Shown in pieces: positions 45,398-55,246 of a stretch of DNA of 64,000 bases. This stretch comes from a virus: IMG/VR virus record IMGVR_UViG_3300007735_000801; one strand, given 5' to 3'. The first letter of the stretch is position 1, and every line of letters starts with the position of its first letter. The position numbers and the translations under genes were made by a program. The notes under the pieces are model-generated. The model worked only from the letters and a program-made list of their open reading frames with translations. It did no database searches and was not told the origin of the DNA.

Positions 45398-46905
45398 TGG
45401 CAGACCTGGATATTACACAACCAGATGCAGTTATGGTCAAGGTTGATTGTGATCGTTCTTTAGCGAAAGAACTGAATTCTTATTTTACTTTCACTATGCC
45501 TAATTTCAAGTATACCCCAGCCTATAAGAACAAGATTTGGGACGGTAAAATACGTCTTTTCAACCTGTTTACCCAGTCCATGTACGCTGGATTAGTGGAA
45601 CCTTTGATTAAGTTTGCCAAAGATCGAGGGTATTCCTACTCCTTTACTCCAAGAACGTACCAGAAGCCATCTAATGCCCTTATAAGCGATTTTATAGAGA
45701 ACTTGCCCATCCAGGCTAACGGCTCCACAATCAAACCCCACGATTACCAGGTTGAAGCCGTCCTACACAGCCTGGGGCATTCTAGAGCCCTTCTGGTGAG
45801 TCCTACAGGCAGCGGTAAGTCTCTAATCCTGTATCTTCTGTGTCGCTGGATTCTAGAAACCCATAATACAGGTAAATTGCTTATAATTGTTCCTACCACC
45901 AGCCTAGTCTCCCAGATGTTGGCAGATTTCCGAGAATACGCCAAATTAGACACTTGGAAGGCAGATCGTAACATTCACACCATTATGGCAGGCAAGGACA
46001 AGGACACAAATAAACGTATCATTATATCCACGTGGCAGAGCATCTATAAACAACCAGAAACTTGGTTCAACGACTTTGTCGGTGTGTTTGGAGACGAAGT
46101 GCATCTGTTTAGTGCTAAATCCCTGACTGGTATTATGACCAAAGCCAAGAACACAGATTATCGAATAGGTACCACTGGAACCCTAAGCGGAATGCAGATT
46201 CATCAGTTTGTTATTGAAGGCTTATTCGGACCTGTATATAACACTACAACTACTAAAAAATTAATTGATAAAGATCTATTGTCTAGTATCAATATTGACT
46301 GTTTAAAGCTTCAGTATACCGCAGAAGAAATTCAGAAAACAAAACGAATGGAATACCAGGACGAGATTCGTTTTGTGGTTACTCATAAAGGACGAAATAA
46401 ATTTATTAAAAATTTATGTAACAGTCTAACAGGTAACACCCTAGTTCTTTTTAATTTTGTGGAGCTTCAAGGAAAGCCATTATATGAGTTGATAGTAAAC
46501 GATTCCAATAAATCTATTTATTTTATTCACGGAGAAACTGATGTGGAAACTCGTGAAGAGATCCGAAAAATTGTAGATAAAGGAACAGATTCTGTTTTAA
46601 TTGCTTCTTACGGAACTTGTTCTACTGGAATTAATATACGAAATATTAATAATATTGTGTTTGCTTCTCCCTCTAAGTCTGTTATTCGTGTACTCCAGTC
46701 CATTGGACGAGGTTTACGTAAAACAGAAACAAAATCTAAAATGAAATTATTTGATATTGCAGACGACTTGTCCTACAAAACTTACGAGAACCATGGCATG
46801 AAACATTTGGAACAACGATTTAAAATATATACTAATGAAGGATTTCCTTTTAAGATTGTTCCTATTCAGTTGCCCAAGGAGACTAATGATGAGAACCCCC
46901 TATAA
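45397..46905 (+). CDS. uvsW: DNA/RNA helicase UvsW
   Basis: WDGKIRLF, SPTGSGKS, DEVH, TTGTL, STGINI, LQSIGRGLR; start at TAATG 45397. Confidence 0.97.
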   Translation: MADLDITQPDAVMVKVDCDRSLAKELNSYFTFTMPNFKYTPAYKNKIWDGKIRLFNLFTQSMYAGLVEPLIKFAKDRGYSYSFTPRTYQKPSNALISDFIENLPIQANGSTIKPHDYQVEAVLHSLGHSRALLVSPTGSGKSLILYLLCRWILETHNTGKLLIIVPTTSLVSQMLADFREYAKLDTWKADRNIHTIMAGKDKDTNKRIIISTWQSIYKQPETWFNDFVGVFGDEVHLFSAKSLTGIMTKAKNTDYRIGTTGTLSGMQIHQFVIEGLFGPVYNTTTTKKLIDKDLLSSINIDCLKLQYTAEEIQKTKRMEYQDEIRFVVTHKGRNKFIKNLCNSLTGNTLVLFNFVELQGKPLYELIVNDSNKSIYFIHGETDVETREEIRKIVDKGTDSVLIASYGTCSTGINIRNINNIVFASPSKSVIRVLQSIGRGLRKTETKSKMKLFDIADDLSYKTYENHGMKHLEQRFKIYTNEGFPFKIVPIQLPKETNDENPL

Positions 46906-47644
46906 ATTAATTAAGATGATGTCTGGTGAAGAATTGATTGCTACCATTCGTAAAGGCAGAAATGGTAGACTTATACTTACGAGACCTATGGTCTTTGAAT
47001 CCACACTATCTGCTGACATGATGGGTAGAGTAAAGGAAATATTTACTCTAAGAAATTGGATTATTCTTTCTTCTGATACCACAGTAACTATTTCAGAAGC
47101 ATCTGTTGTTTCTGTTAGCACTCCTAGTAACGATATTGAGATCTTATATGATGCGGAAAAGAATAAAGAAGATCAACAAAAACTTAATCCTAAATCAACC
47201 AAGCCATCAGTTAATCCAAAACTTCCATCTTTAATGGATTTATTTGGGGATCTTCCAGAAATTTCCACAGATTATCCAACCTCTTTAACTTCACCTATTT
47301 CTAAGAAAGAAGAGGATGCTTTGTTTCATAAAATGGATAAAATTATGAAAGATATGGGAATGGATTTTAATTCAGAAAACCCAAAGAAAAACCTTGCAAA
47401 ACCTGATTTTGATGATACAATAGTGTATATGAATCTAGTGTTTTCCCCCAATGTTATTCTTAAACTTTTAAAGAGTGGAATGCTCAAGCGTTCCGATCTG
47501 GGTAAAATAATAAATGAATTAACCGATGGCAACGGTGAAGGTATGAGCGTTGATAAATTTACAAGTAAGAATAAGAAAAAAGAAGATTTTGGTAATAAGT
47601 GGACTGATTGGAATCCAGATCCAAAGTCTAATGATTATCAGTAA
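46886..47644 (+). CDS. Conserved hypothetical protein between uvsW and gp55 (Sm-like N-terminus)
   Basis: AAGGAG RBS; YKLIKMMSGEELIA; syntenic position. Confidence 0.7.
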   Translation: MMRTPYKLIKMMSGEELIATIRKGRNGRLILTRPMVFESTLSADMMGRVKEIFTLRNWIILSSDTTVTISEASVVSVSTPSNDIEILYDAEKNKEDQQKLNPKSTKPSVNPKLPSLMDLFGDLPEISTDYPTSLTSPISKKEEDALFHKMDKIMKDMGMDFNSENPKKNLAKPDFDDTIVYMNLVFSPNVILKLLKSGMLKRSDLGKIINELTDGNGEGMSVDKFTSKNKKKEDFGNKWTDWNPDPKSNDYQ

Positions 47645-47693
47645 TATCAATTATTGTTTGATTCTCTATTTTCTCATTCATACCAGACACACA

Positions 47694-47722
47694 AGTATAC
47701 ACGAAAATTTTAATTATGTCAA
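47694..47722 (-). promoter_or_regulatory. Antisense sigma70-type promoter overlapping the gp55 start
   Basis: Minus strand TTGACA (47722-47717), 17-nt spacer, TATACT (47699-47694). Confidence 0.7.
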
Positions 47723-48303
47723 GTGAAAAATCTAAAAAATCTAAAAATATTGTAGACCCCCCGATTGTAGCCCAAAAACGGCTCACCAAGGACAGCGACC
47801 ACTATGTGGATAACAAGAAGTTCCTTGCTGAGATGGTTATTTGGAAACGCCAAATACGAGAAGCAGAAGAAGTAGAAGATGACAAGCCGCCAGTATCTAC
47901 CTATATTGGCGAATGCTTTATGAAGATTGCGGAACGCCTTTCCTCCAAGCATAACTTTGCGAATTATCCGTATCGAGAAGAGATGGTGGGAGATGCTATT
48001 GAGAACTGTCTCATGTATGCACACAACTTTAATCCTAAGAAATCCAAGAATCCGTTCTCGTATTTCACTCAAATAATCTATTACGCCTTCCTCAGACGCA
48101 TAGAAAAAGAAAAAAAGCAAAATTATATCAAGTTTAAGTTGACTGAGCACCTAGATGATGGTACAATGCATAAGTGGTGTAAAACTAATTACTTTGAAAA
48201 GGATGATCCACGAGAAGCATTAAGTGAACATTTCTCTATTACAGAAAAGGATATAGAGAAGTATGAACCTAAGTTACGAAAAAAGCGCAAACATAAATCA
48301 TGA
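47716..48303 (+). CDS. gp55: Late sigma factor gp55
   Basis: HYVDNKKF, YIGECFMKIAERLS, NF.NY.YREEMVGDAIENC, KSKNPFSYFTQIIYYAFLRRIEKEKKQ. Confidence 0.98.
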   Translation: MSSEKSKKSKNIVDPPIVAQKRLTKDSDHYVDNKKFLAEMVIWKRQIREAEEVEDDKPPVSTYIGECFMKIAERLSSKHNFANYPYREEMVGDAIENCLMYAHNFNPKKSKNPFSYFTQIIYYAFLRRIEKEKKQNYIKFKLTEHLDDGTMHKWCKTNYFEKDDPREALSEHFSITEKDIEKYEPKLRKKRKHKS

Positions 48304-49343
48304 AAATATGCATTATTGGTGACTCGCATTTCGGAGCAAGATCCGATTCGCCGTTATTTTTAAATTATTTCTTTAAGTTTTTTGATAATGAATTGTTTCC
48401 TTATCTAAAAGCAAACGATATCAATACAGTCATTCATTTAGGTGATCTGTTTGATCGTCGTAAGTTTGTAAATTTTCATACACTAAAGCATGTAAGAGAA
48501 CGATTCATGAATTGGTTTGAAACCAACAATGTGGATCTTCACTGTATTCTCGGAAACCATGATGTGTTCTACAAGAATACCAATCATCTAAATTCCCCAA
48601 AGGAATTGTTTGTTGATTGTTATTCAAAATTCCATCTGTATGAACAGACTACAGAACTAGTAGTAGCAGATGGTACCAAGTTCTTGATGGTTCCTTGGAT
48701 TAATGACGAGAATAAATCAGCCGTAATCAAGGCTATTGAAGCCAGCACAGCACCAGTAGTATGTGGTCATTTTGAACTGAATGGTTATGAAATGATATCT
48801 AGTATCAAATGCTCTAGTGGAATGGAAGATAAATTCCTACAAAAGTTTGAATTAGTTCTTTCTGGTCACTTCCACACAAAGAGTTCTAAAGGAAACATTC
48901 ATTATCTTGGAACTCAATACGAAATGACTACTGCTGACCTTCACCAAGATAAAGGCTTCCATGTGTACGATACAGAAACTCGTGAACTAACATTTATCAA
49001 GAATCCACATAAAATGTACTATAGTATTGAATGGACAGATAAACGAGATTTTAGTGACTTGGATCCTACGGTATACAAAAACACTTATGTTCGAGTACTA
49101 GTATTAAACAAAAAAAATGAAAGAAAATTTGACGAGTTCATAGATCTGTTGTATACTGGAGAGCCAGCAAGCATCACAATCATTGAAGACATAGTAACCA
49201 AGGACGACGAAAATAGTCCAGAGTTTGATATTGCTGAAGATACTTTGAGTCTGATTAATCGAGAAATTGAATTTTTAGAATCTGATAACACAGAACAATT
49301 AAAAGAAATTATGCGTCAAGTCTATATGGAAACTCTTTCATGA
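48300..49343 (+). CDS. gp47: Recombination endonuclease gp47 (Mre11-like)
   Basis: GDSHFGAR, HLGDLFDRRK, GNHD, GHFE, SGHFH. Confidence 0.97.
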   Translation: MKICIIGDSHFGARSDSPLFLNYFFKFFDNELFPYLKANDINTVIHLGDLFDRRKFVNFHTLKHVRERFMNWFETNNVDLHCILGNHDVFYKNTNHLNSPKELFVDCYSKFHLYEQTTELVVADGTKFLMVPWINDENKSAVIKAIEASTAPVVCGHFELNGYEMISSIKCSSGMEDKFLQKFELVLSGHFHTKSSKGNIHYLGTQYEMTTADLHQDKGFHVYDTETRELTFIKNPHKMYYSIEWTDKRDFSDLDPTVYKNTYVRVLVLNKKNERKFDEFIDLLYTGEPASITIIEDIVTKDDENSPEFDIAEDTLSLINREIEFLESDNTEQLKEIMRQVYMETLS

Positions 49344-51055
49344 TCGTATTCAAGACTGTTCGATTTAAAAATTTTGGTTCATTTGGAAACAGCTTTACCG
49401 AAGTTAAGTTAGGAGAGAAATCCACCACTCTAGTATGTGGTAGTAATGGTAACGGCAAATCCTTTGCTTTATTGGATTCTATTGCCTTTGCATTATATGG
49501 AAGACCATTTCGTAACATCAATATCCCGCAACTAGTTAATTCCGTAAACAAAAAGAATTGCGTGGTAGAGATCAATTTCAGTATTGGAAAGAATGAATTT
49601 AAGGTAGTTCGTGGTCTAGCCCCAAAATTATTTGAAATCTATAAAGACGGTAATCTACTAAATCAAGATGCAAAGATTAAAGATTATCAGGAAGTATTAG
49701 AATCTCAGATATTAGGAATGAACTTTAAGACGTTCTCTCAGGTTGTTGTATTAGGAAGTTCATCGTTTGTTCCGTTCATGCAATTAACTCCTACTGATCG
49801 CCGTCAGGTTATAGAGAACATATTAGATATTAGCATATTCTCTCAAATGAATGTTGTAGTTAAAGATAAGGTTAATGGGGTTAAGTCTGAACTAGACGCA
49901 ACCAATACTCAAATAGAAGTAACTAAAGCACAAATTGCAGACACCAAAGAAACTATTCAGTCTCTAGTAAAGAACACACAACAGATTATAGAAGAACGTA
50001 AAGCAGCACAGGCGCAACTAAAAGCCGAAATGGTTGTCATACAGACTGATATAGATGAGTTGTCAGAGCCATTAAAGATTTCTGGTACCTCAATACAGAA
50101 CGAATTAAAGGAAGTTCAAAAGAAACGAACAGATGCTCAAAAGATTCTTGGCAAAATTGAACAGGCTAAAGAGAGTATTAACGAAGATATTGAATTCTTT
50201 AATAATAATGAAACCTGCTCTTTATGTAAACAGGGAATTGCCCATGACCACAAAGATGCCCTACTAACACAAAGAAAAACAAAGTTGGATGAGTACCAGC
50301 AAGGTACTCAGGATATAAACACACAAATTGCAAAGACCGAGAAACAAATAGAAGAGATTCAGGGTCGATTAAACGAACACCAAACTAATGTTATTCGTTT
50401 GGCTAATAAACGAGAAACCTTAAAGAGTCTTAATACTAGTCACGCAAATCTTGAATTGAACAATGCCAAGACATACTCCCAAGAAGAGATTGCCAAGTTT
50501 GAGAGTAAACTCGTAGAATTAGAAAATAAAGAAGTTGATCTGATTGATAAAAAGTATAAAGTCCTAAAGACTCTGAAATGCTACGATCAACTTATAAATT
50601 TATTTAAAGATAGTGGCATTAAATCAAAAATTATTAAGTATTATATCCCTTTAATCAACAAACATGTAAACAAGTACTTGACAAGCATGGATTTCTATGC
50701 TATATTTAATCTGGACGAAGAGTTCAAAGAAATCATCAAGAGTCGCCACCGAGACATATTCACATATGAATCATTTAGTGAAGGCGAAAAAATGCGTATA
50801 GATTTGGCACTGCTTCTTACTTGGCGAGAAATTGCTCGATTAAAGAATAGTGTTTCCACCAACCTTCTGATTCTAGATGAAGTTTTTGATTCTAGTTTAG
50901 ACGGTACTGGAACTGATGAGTTTATGAAATTGATATCTTCGTTTGGATCTAAGGTTAATGTATTTGTCATCAGTCATAAAACTGATCAATTACTAGATAG
51001 ATTTGGTTCAATAATTCAATTCGAAAAGAAACGAAACTTTAGCAGATTAGTATGA
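49340..51055 (+). CDS. gp46: Recombination ATPase gp46 (Rad50-like)
   Basis: GSNGNGKS, CSLC zinc hook, FSEGEKMRIDLAL, LDEVFDSSLD, ISH. Confidence 0.98.
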   Translation: MIVFKTVRFKNFGSFGNSFTEVKLGEKSTTLVCGSNGNGKSFALLDSIAFALYGRPFRNINIPQLVNSVNKKNCVVEINFSIGKNEFKVVRGLAPKLFEIYKDGNLLNQDAKIKDYQEVLESQILGMNFKTFSQVVVLGSSSFVPFMQLTPTDRRQVIENILDISIFSQMNVVVKDKVNGVKSELDATNTQIEVTKAQIADTKETIQSLVKNTQQIIEERKAAQAQLKAEMVVIQTDIDELSEPLKISGTSIQNELKEVQKKRTDAQKILGKIEQAKESINEDIEFFNNNETCSLCKQGIAHDHKDALLTQRKTKLDEYQQGTQDINTQIAKTEKQIEEIQGRLNEHQTNVIRLANKRETLKSLNTSHANLELNNAKTYSQEEIAKFESKLVELENKEVDLIDKKYKVLKTLKCYDQLINLFKDSGIKSKIIKYYIPLINKHVNKYLTSMDFYAIFNLDEEFKEIIKSRHRDIFTYESFSEGEKMRIDLALLLTWREIARLKNSVSTNLLILDEVFDSSLDGTGTDEFMKLISSFGSKVNVFVISHKTDQLLDRFGSIIQFEKKRNFSRLV

Positions 51056-51780
51056 AACGAAAACAAACAAAACACAAACGTATCAAGCGTGGCGATTCTG
51101 TAGACTCTCTACTGATCAAGAATGAACCTTCTTGGGAGGATGTGGCTACTCTAACTCCAGAGCAAATTGATGCCAGAATTCTCAAGGCAACCAGTTGGTA
51201 TAGTTACAGTTGCAAAAATGAGGTGTATAAGCCTTGGGTGATTGATTGGATGCAAAGAAACAAATACTCCAAATCAGATGTTCGTGACGCAATCAAGGTA
51301 TCAGATACACACCCATCCATAATGAGTATAGGTAAATACTGCAGAATCATGAATCTTGGCGGAAAGTTTGTTGATAAAGTTCTAGACAATATTAAATCAG
51401 AAATACAACATATTATCAAACTTGGTCAAGTAGTTAAACCAAAGGTAGTAAAAGAACAAGTCTCAATCCAAGAGCATATCCGAAAGAAAACCGAAGGATA
51501 TCTGTGCACAATGAACGAAAGAATTGATGAATTATATCTTGCAGTATGTGAAGACGAAGCTACTAAATTTGACCACGAAGGCTGGTTGGAAGTTGAAGAC
51601 ATAAATCATATTCATTGGAAAAAGATGTCTAAGATACTTGATCCGTTCATTAATGAATTGAAACTAGCATATTCTGGAAAAGATCAAGAGTTAAAAGAAG
51701 CCTATGAATACCTTGGTAAGAAAAAGATTAAAGTTATGATAAATACCCTAGAGGATTTTAAAGAAATATTAAATGGCTAA
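51052..51780 (+). CDS. Hypothetical protein
   Basis: 242-aa ORF overlapping the gp46 stop; DQELKEAYEYL motif. Confidence 0.7.
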   Translation: MKRKQTKHKRIKRGDSVDSLLIKNEPSWEDVATLTPEQIDARILKATSWYSYSCKNEVYKPWVIDWMQRNKYSKSDVRDAIKVSDTHPSIMSIGKYCRIMNLGGKFVDKVLDNIKSEIQHIIKLGQVVKPKVVKEQVSIQEHIRKKTEGYLCTMNERIDELYLAVCEDEATKFDHEGWLEVEDINHIHWKKMSKILDPFINELKLAYSGKDQELKEAYEYLGKKKIKVMINTLEDFKEILNG

Positions 51781-52093
51781 TTTCAAAGGAATATTTCGAG
51801 TTAGTGGTGCAGACGGTCAATGCATTCAATATGCACAAGGGGACATTGTATATAAAAAGGGAGAAGCGTACATTGCTGAACGTACTCCAGATCTTTGCAC
51901 ATCCCCAGAGCATAAGTTATCAGGATGGCAACCCCTAGCATCAGAACGAGCAGGAACCACAGTAACATTCTTTAGTTCTGTTACTCCACCAAGTCGAGTT
52001 TCTCAAGGAGACGAATGGTGGGATCCTAGCACCGCCAAATTGTACAAATATATAATTGATACAAATAGTGAACAATGGGTACAAATTTATTGA
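51773..52093 (+). CDS. Small protein with CBM5/12-like and fibre-type motifs
   Basis: YAQGDIVYKKGEAYIA...P....GW; PP...QGDEWWDPST.KLYKY...QWVQ. Confidence 0.6.
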   Translation: MANFKGIFRVSGADGQCIQYAQGDIVYKKGEAYIAERTPDLCTSPEHKLSGWQPLASERAGTTVTFFSSVTPPSRVSQGDEWWDPSTAKLYKYIIDTNSEQWVQIY

Positions 52094-52117
52094 CTTTTGT
52101 TTTTTACGTGATATAAT
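52090..52117 (+). promoter_or_regulatory. Sigma70-type extended -10 promoter for rnh
   Basis: TTGACT (52090-52095), 16-nt spacer, TGaTATAAT (-10 at 52112-52117); ATG at 52124. Confidence 0.8.
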
Positions 52118-52123
52118 TACATT

Positions 52124-52960
52124 ATGCTTCTTATCGACAATAATCAAATAATTTTAGCAAACATCTTTCAGGCTGCTAAAGACACAGATAACTTTAACGA
52201 AGACTATATTCGTCATACTGTGCTTAATTCTTATCGTAAATACCGAATGATGTTTCGTGAATACGGCGAGTTAGTTGTGTGTAACGATAGTTGTAATTAT
52301 TGGAGAAAACAATGGTTTCCCCATTACAAGCAGAATCGTAAGAAGACACAAGATGCAGCAGCAGACCAATGGAAAGAAGTCTATTCTATTCTAGACGTTA
52401 TTCGAGACGAAATCAAAGAGATCTTCCCGTATCCTAATATTCGTATTCAGGGAGCAGAAGCAGACGACATTATCTTTGCCCTAACCAAGCGATTTGCTCA
52501 ACAAGAAAAGATTATGATCTTGTCTAACGATAAAGACTTTCAACAACTTCAGATTTTTCCTAACGTAAAGCAATACAGCACAAACAAAAAAGAATTTATG
52601 GAGTGTGCTGATCCTCGTGGATATTTACTAGAACATATTATCAAAGGCGATTCCTCTGACGGTGTTCCTAATATGCTGTCTGATGATGACACCTTTATGA
52701 CTGACGGAAAGCGTCAAACAGTAATGACAGCCAAACGATTAGAGGCACTAAAGAAACAATCAGAAGAATCTTCTTTTTACAATATGCCCAACTATATAAG
52801 GAATAAGACGATGATTGATTTGTCTTCTATTCCAAAAGCACTAGAAGAGAGTATTTTAGATTCATACCAAGAACAACAAGGAAAAGGTCGAGAAAAATTG
52901 TTTAATTATTTTATTGATCACAAGTTAAAGGAGCTACTTCCAAGTATTGAGGAATTTTGA
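52124..52960 (+). CDS. rnh: RNase H / 5'-3' exonuclease (T4 rnh)
   Basis: YWRK..FPHYKQNRKK, GAEADDII, SNDKDFQQL, KGDSSDGVPN. Confidence 0.96.
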   Translation: MLLIDNNQIILANIFQAAKDTDNFNEDYIRHTVLNSYRKYRMMFREYGELVVCNDSCNYWRKQWFPHYKQNRKKTQDAAADQWKEVYSILDVIRDEIKEIFPYPNIRIQGAEADDIIFALTKRFAQQEKIMILSNDKDFQQLQIFPNVKQYSTNKKEFMECADPRGYLLEHIIKGDSSDGVPNMLSDDDTFMTDGKRQTVMTAKRLEALKKQSEESSFYNMPNYIRNKTMIDLSSIPKALEESILDSYQEQQGKGREKLFNYFIDHKLKELLPSIEEF

Positions 52961-53140
52961 ATGGCAAACGAACAAGAACCAGAATCGGAGTATGAACAAT
53001 TCAAACGCTTACAGAAGGAACGAAAGAAAGCGAAGAAAACTAAACATCGTCCAGACGCAAGAAAGTGGCTGAATGATTTACGACACGGACACAATAGTGA
53101 TGATGAAGATTACCAAAGTTTTGAAAGATTTAACAAGTAA
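52961..53140 (+). CDS. 59-aa charged hypothetical protein (not in ORF track)
   Basis: GAGG RBS; ATG right after the rnh stop; MANEQEPESEYEQFKRLQKERKKAKKTKHRPDARKWL...; fills the gap to gp45. Confidence 0.7.
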   Translation: MANEQEPESEYEQFKRLQKERKKAKKTKHRPDARKWLNDLRHGHNSDDEDYQSFERFNK

Positions 53141-53154
53141 AGGATGACTATATT

Positions 53155-53841
53155 ATGACAAGTACAACAACCAGTATCTCTAAGCAGACGTTTAACATTT
53201 TAAAGAATTTCAGCAGCATTAACTCTAACTTGTTTGTGAAGGCGGGAAATAAAATTACCACCATTTCACCAAGCAAGAACGTGATGGCAGAAGCCATCGT
53301 AGAGGAAACATTTGATTCCGAGTTTGGACTTTGGGATCTGAACAAGTTTCTTGGTATTGTTTCTCTTCTCGAAGATCCTGAGTTTATGTTTGAAGAGAAG
53401 TGTGTGGTAGTGACAGGAGTTAATGGTTCCTCGGTAAAGTATTACTTTGCTGATCCAGCACTTCTGACGTATCCAACCAAGCAAGTGAAGACTCCAGCGG
53501 TTGCTATTACTTTTGACCTGATGGCAGATCAGTTCCGTGAACTTCAACGATCAGGTGCTGCTCTTCAACTTTCCGATCTCTGCATCATCTCCAAGGGCAG
53601 TGAAGTATTAGCAGTAGTCAAGGATCTAAAGGATCCTACCACTAATGTCTTTACCTTACCAGTAGGCAGCAATCCAGAAGAAGCAACATTCTCGTTCAAC
53701 TTTAAGTTGGATAACCTGAAGTTGTTTGAAGGTGACTATAGTGTGGAAATTAGCAAGACCGTGATCTCGCAATTCACACACAAGAATCTGGATCTAAAGT
53801 ATTGGATTGCCATGGAAAACACCAGCACATACAGCGAATAA
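53155..53841 (+). CDS. gp45: Sliding clamp gp45
   Basis: ILKNFSSINSN, KNVMAEA, FGLWDLNKFL, YYFADP, YWIAME. Confidence 0.97.
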   Translation: MTSTTTSISKQTFNILKNFSSINSNLFVKAGNKITTISPSKNVMAEAIVEETFDSEFGLWDLNKFLGIVSLLEDPEFMFEEKCVVVTGVNGSSVKYYFADPALLTYPTKQVKTPAVAITFDLMADQFRELQRSGAALQLSDLCIISKGSEVLAVVKDLKDPTTNVFTLPVGSNPEEATFSFNFKLDNLKLFEGDYSVEISKTVISQFTHKNLDLKYWIAMENTSTYSE

Positions 53842-53844
53842 TCC

Positions 53845-54807
53845 ATGATAATAACCGCAAATAATGCGATTGGTTTGTTGGTCGAGAAGTATAGACCACA
53901 AACCATTCAAGATTGTGTACTTCCTGCAAATATCAAAAAGATTTTTCAGGATATAGTAAACTCAAAGGATTGTCCTAATCTTATGCTATCGGGCAAGCCA
54001 GGTCTAGGTAAAACTAGCGTGGCTAAAGCCCTTTGCAATGAACTAGGAGCAGACTTTATTATTATCAATTGTTCTGAAGACGGAAATATCGATACTTTGC
54101 GAACAAAGATTCGCCAGTTTGCAAGTACGGTATCTCTGTCAGAAGACGCAAATCAGAAGATTGTTATTCTGGATGAGTTTGATTATTCTAATGTGAATAG
54201 TATTCAGCCTGCCCTTCGTGGAGCCATTGAAGAGTTCTCTAAGACTTGTCGGTTTATTATTACGTGCAACTACAAGAATCGTATCATCGAGCCTATTCAT
54301 TCTCGTTGTACGGGTATTGACTTTAACTTTGCACACAAAGACCGACCAGAACTAGCCAAGCAGTTTCTAGAACGATGTCAGGGTATTCTGGAAGCAGAAG
54401 AGATTACCTACGACGTAAAGATTCTGTCTAAAGTCATTGTGAAATTCTTTCCAGATTTTCGTCGTGTTCTGAACGAACTTCAACGATACTCTGCGGCAGG
54501 AACCATTGATGTAGGTATTCTGAGCACAGCAGGGGAACTGGATGTGAAGCAACTGATGGGGTTTATGAAAGAGAAGAACTTCAACGAGGTCAGAAAATGG
54601 GTGGCAAACAACACCAACCATGTTCCACAGGATCTCTTCAGGAAGGTCTACGATAGCCTATACGACTTCCTAGAGCCTTCTACCATACCACAGGCGGTTT
54701 TGATCATTGCAGAGTATCAATACAAGGCTAGTTTTGTGAGTGATCAGGAGATCAATATGTGTGCTTTCATGGTGGAAGTCATGATGACTTGCGGGTTCAA
54801 GAAGTAA
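53845..54807 (+). CDS. gp44: Clamp loader large subunit gp44
   Basis: VEKYRPQTI, GKPGLGKTS, ILDEFD, PIHSRC, FPDFRRVLNELQRY. Confidence 0.98.
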   Translation: MIITANNAIGLLVEKYRPQTIQDCVLPANIKKIFQDIVNSKDCPNLMLSGKPGLGKTSVAKALCNELGADFIIINCSEDGNIDTLRTKIRQFASTVSLSEDANQKIVILDEFDYSNVNSIQPALRGAIEEFSKTCRFIITCNYKNRIIEPIHSRCTGIDFNFAHKDRPELAKQFLERCQGILEAEEITYDVKILSKVIVKFFPDFRRVLNELQRYSAAGTIDVGILSTAGELDVKQLMGFMKEKNFNEVRKWVANNTNHVPQDLFRKVYDSLYDFLEPSTIPQAVLIIAEYQYKASFVSDQEINMCAFMVEVMMTCGFKK

Positions 54808-55190
54808 TGGATCCATTTATTTTCCTTAATTCTATAAACCAATCCAAGGTTCCCTTGATGGACGAAGATCATCTATGCGAAAAAGAGTATGTTCCGTACA
54901 TGACTAATCGTGGATTATCCTACTTTTCAGACACAATCTTCTACGCAAATACGATGAACCGTCACGGTAATATTGACAAGAAGCTTCAGTTTGATTATCT
55001 TCGTATTTCGGTTCGTCCACGAAAGCGGTTTAGTAAGTGGCTGAAGCCTGAACAAGATGATCGTATTGATGCCTTGAAAGCATTGTACGGGTATTCCAAT
55101 ACCAGAGCCAGAGAAGTGGTAGATTTGCTGTCCGAAGACGACTGGAAACAAATTCGCAGCCTTTTAGATCAGGGTGGAGCCAAACTTTAA
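54807..55190 (+). CDS. gp62: Clamp loader small subunit gp62
   Basis: FLNSIN..K, YVPYM.NRGLSYF.DTIFYAN.MN, RPRKRFSKW, YGYS...A; start at TAATG 54807. Confidence 0.95.
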   Translation: MDPFIFLNSINQSKVPLMDEDHLCEKEYVPYMTNRGLSYFSDTIFYANTMNRHGNIDKKLQFDYLRISVRPRKRFSKWLKPEQDDRIDALKALYGYSNTRAREVVDLLSEDDWKQIRSLLDQGGAKL

Positions 55191-55194
55191 TTTA

Positions 55195-55202
55195 TATAAA
55201 TA
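55195..55202 (+). promoter_or_regulatory. T4-type late promoter upstream of regA and the glycan cluster
   Basis: Intergenic TATAAATA. Confidence 0.78.
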
Positions 55203-55246
55203 CTTATGTTATTGTATGAATTAATTTAACATAAAGCGAATTTGAT

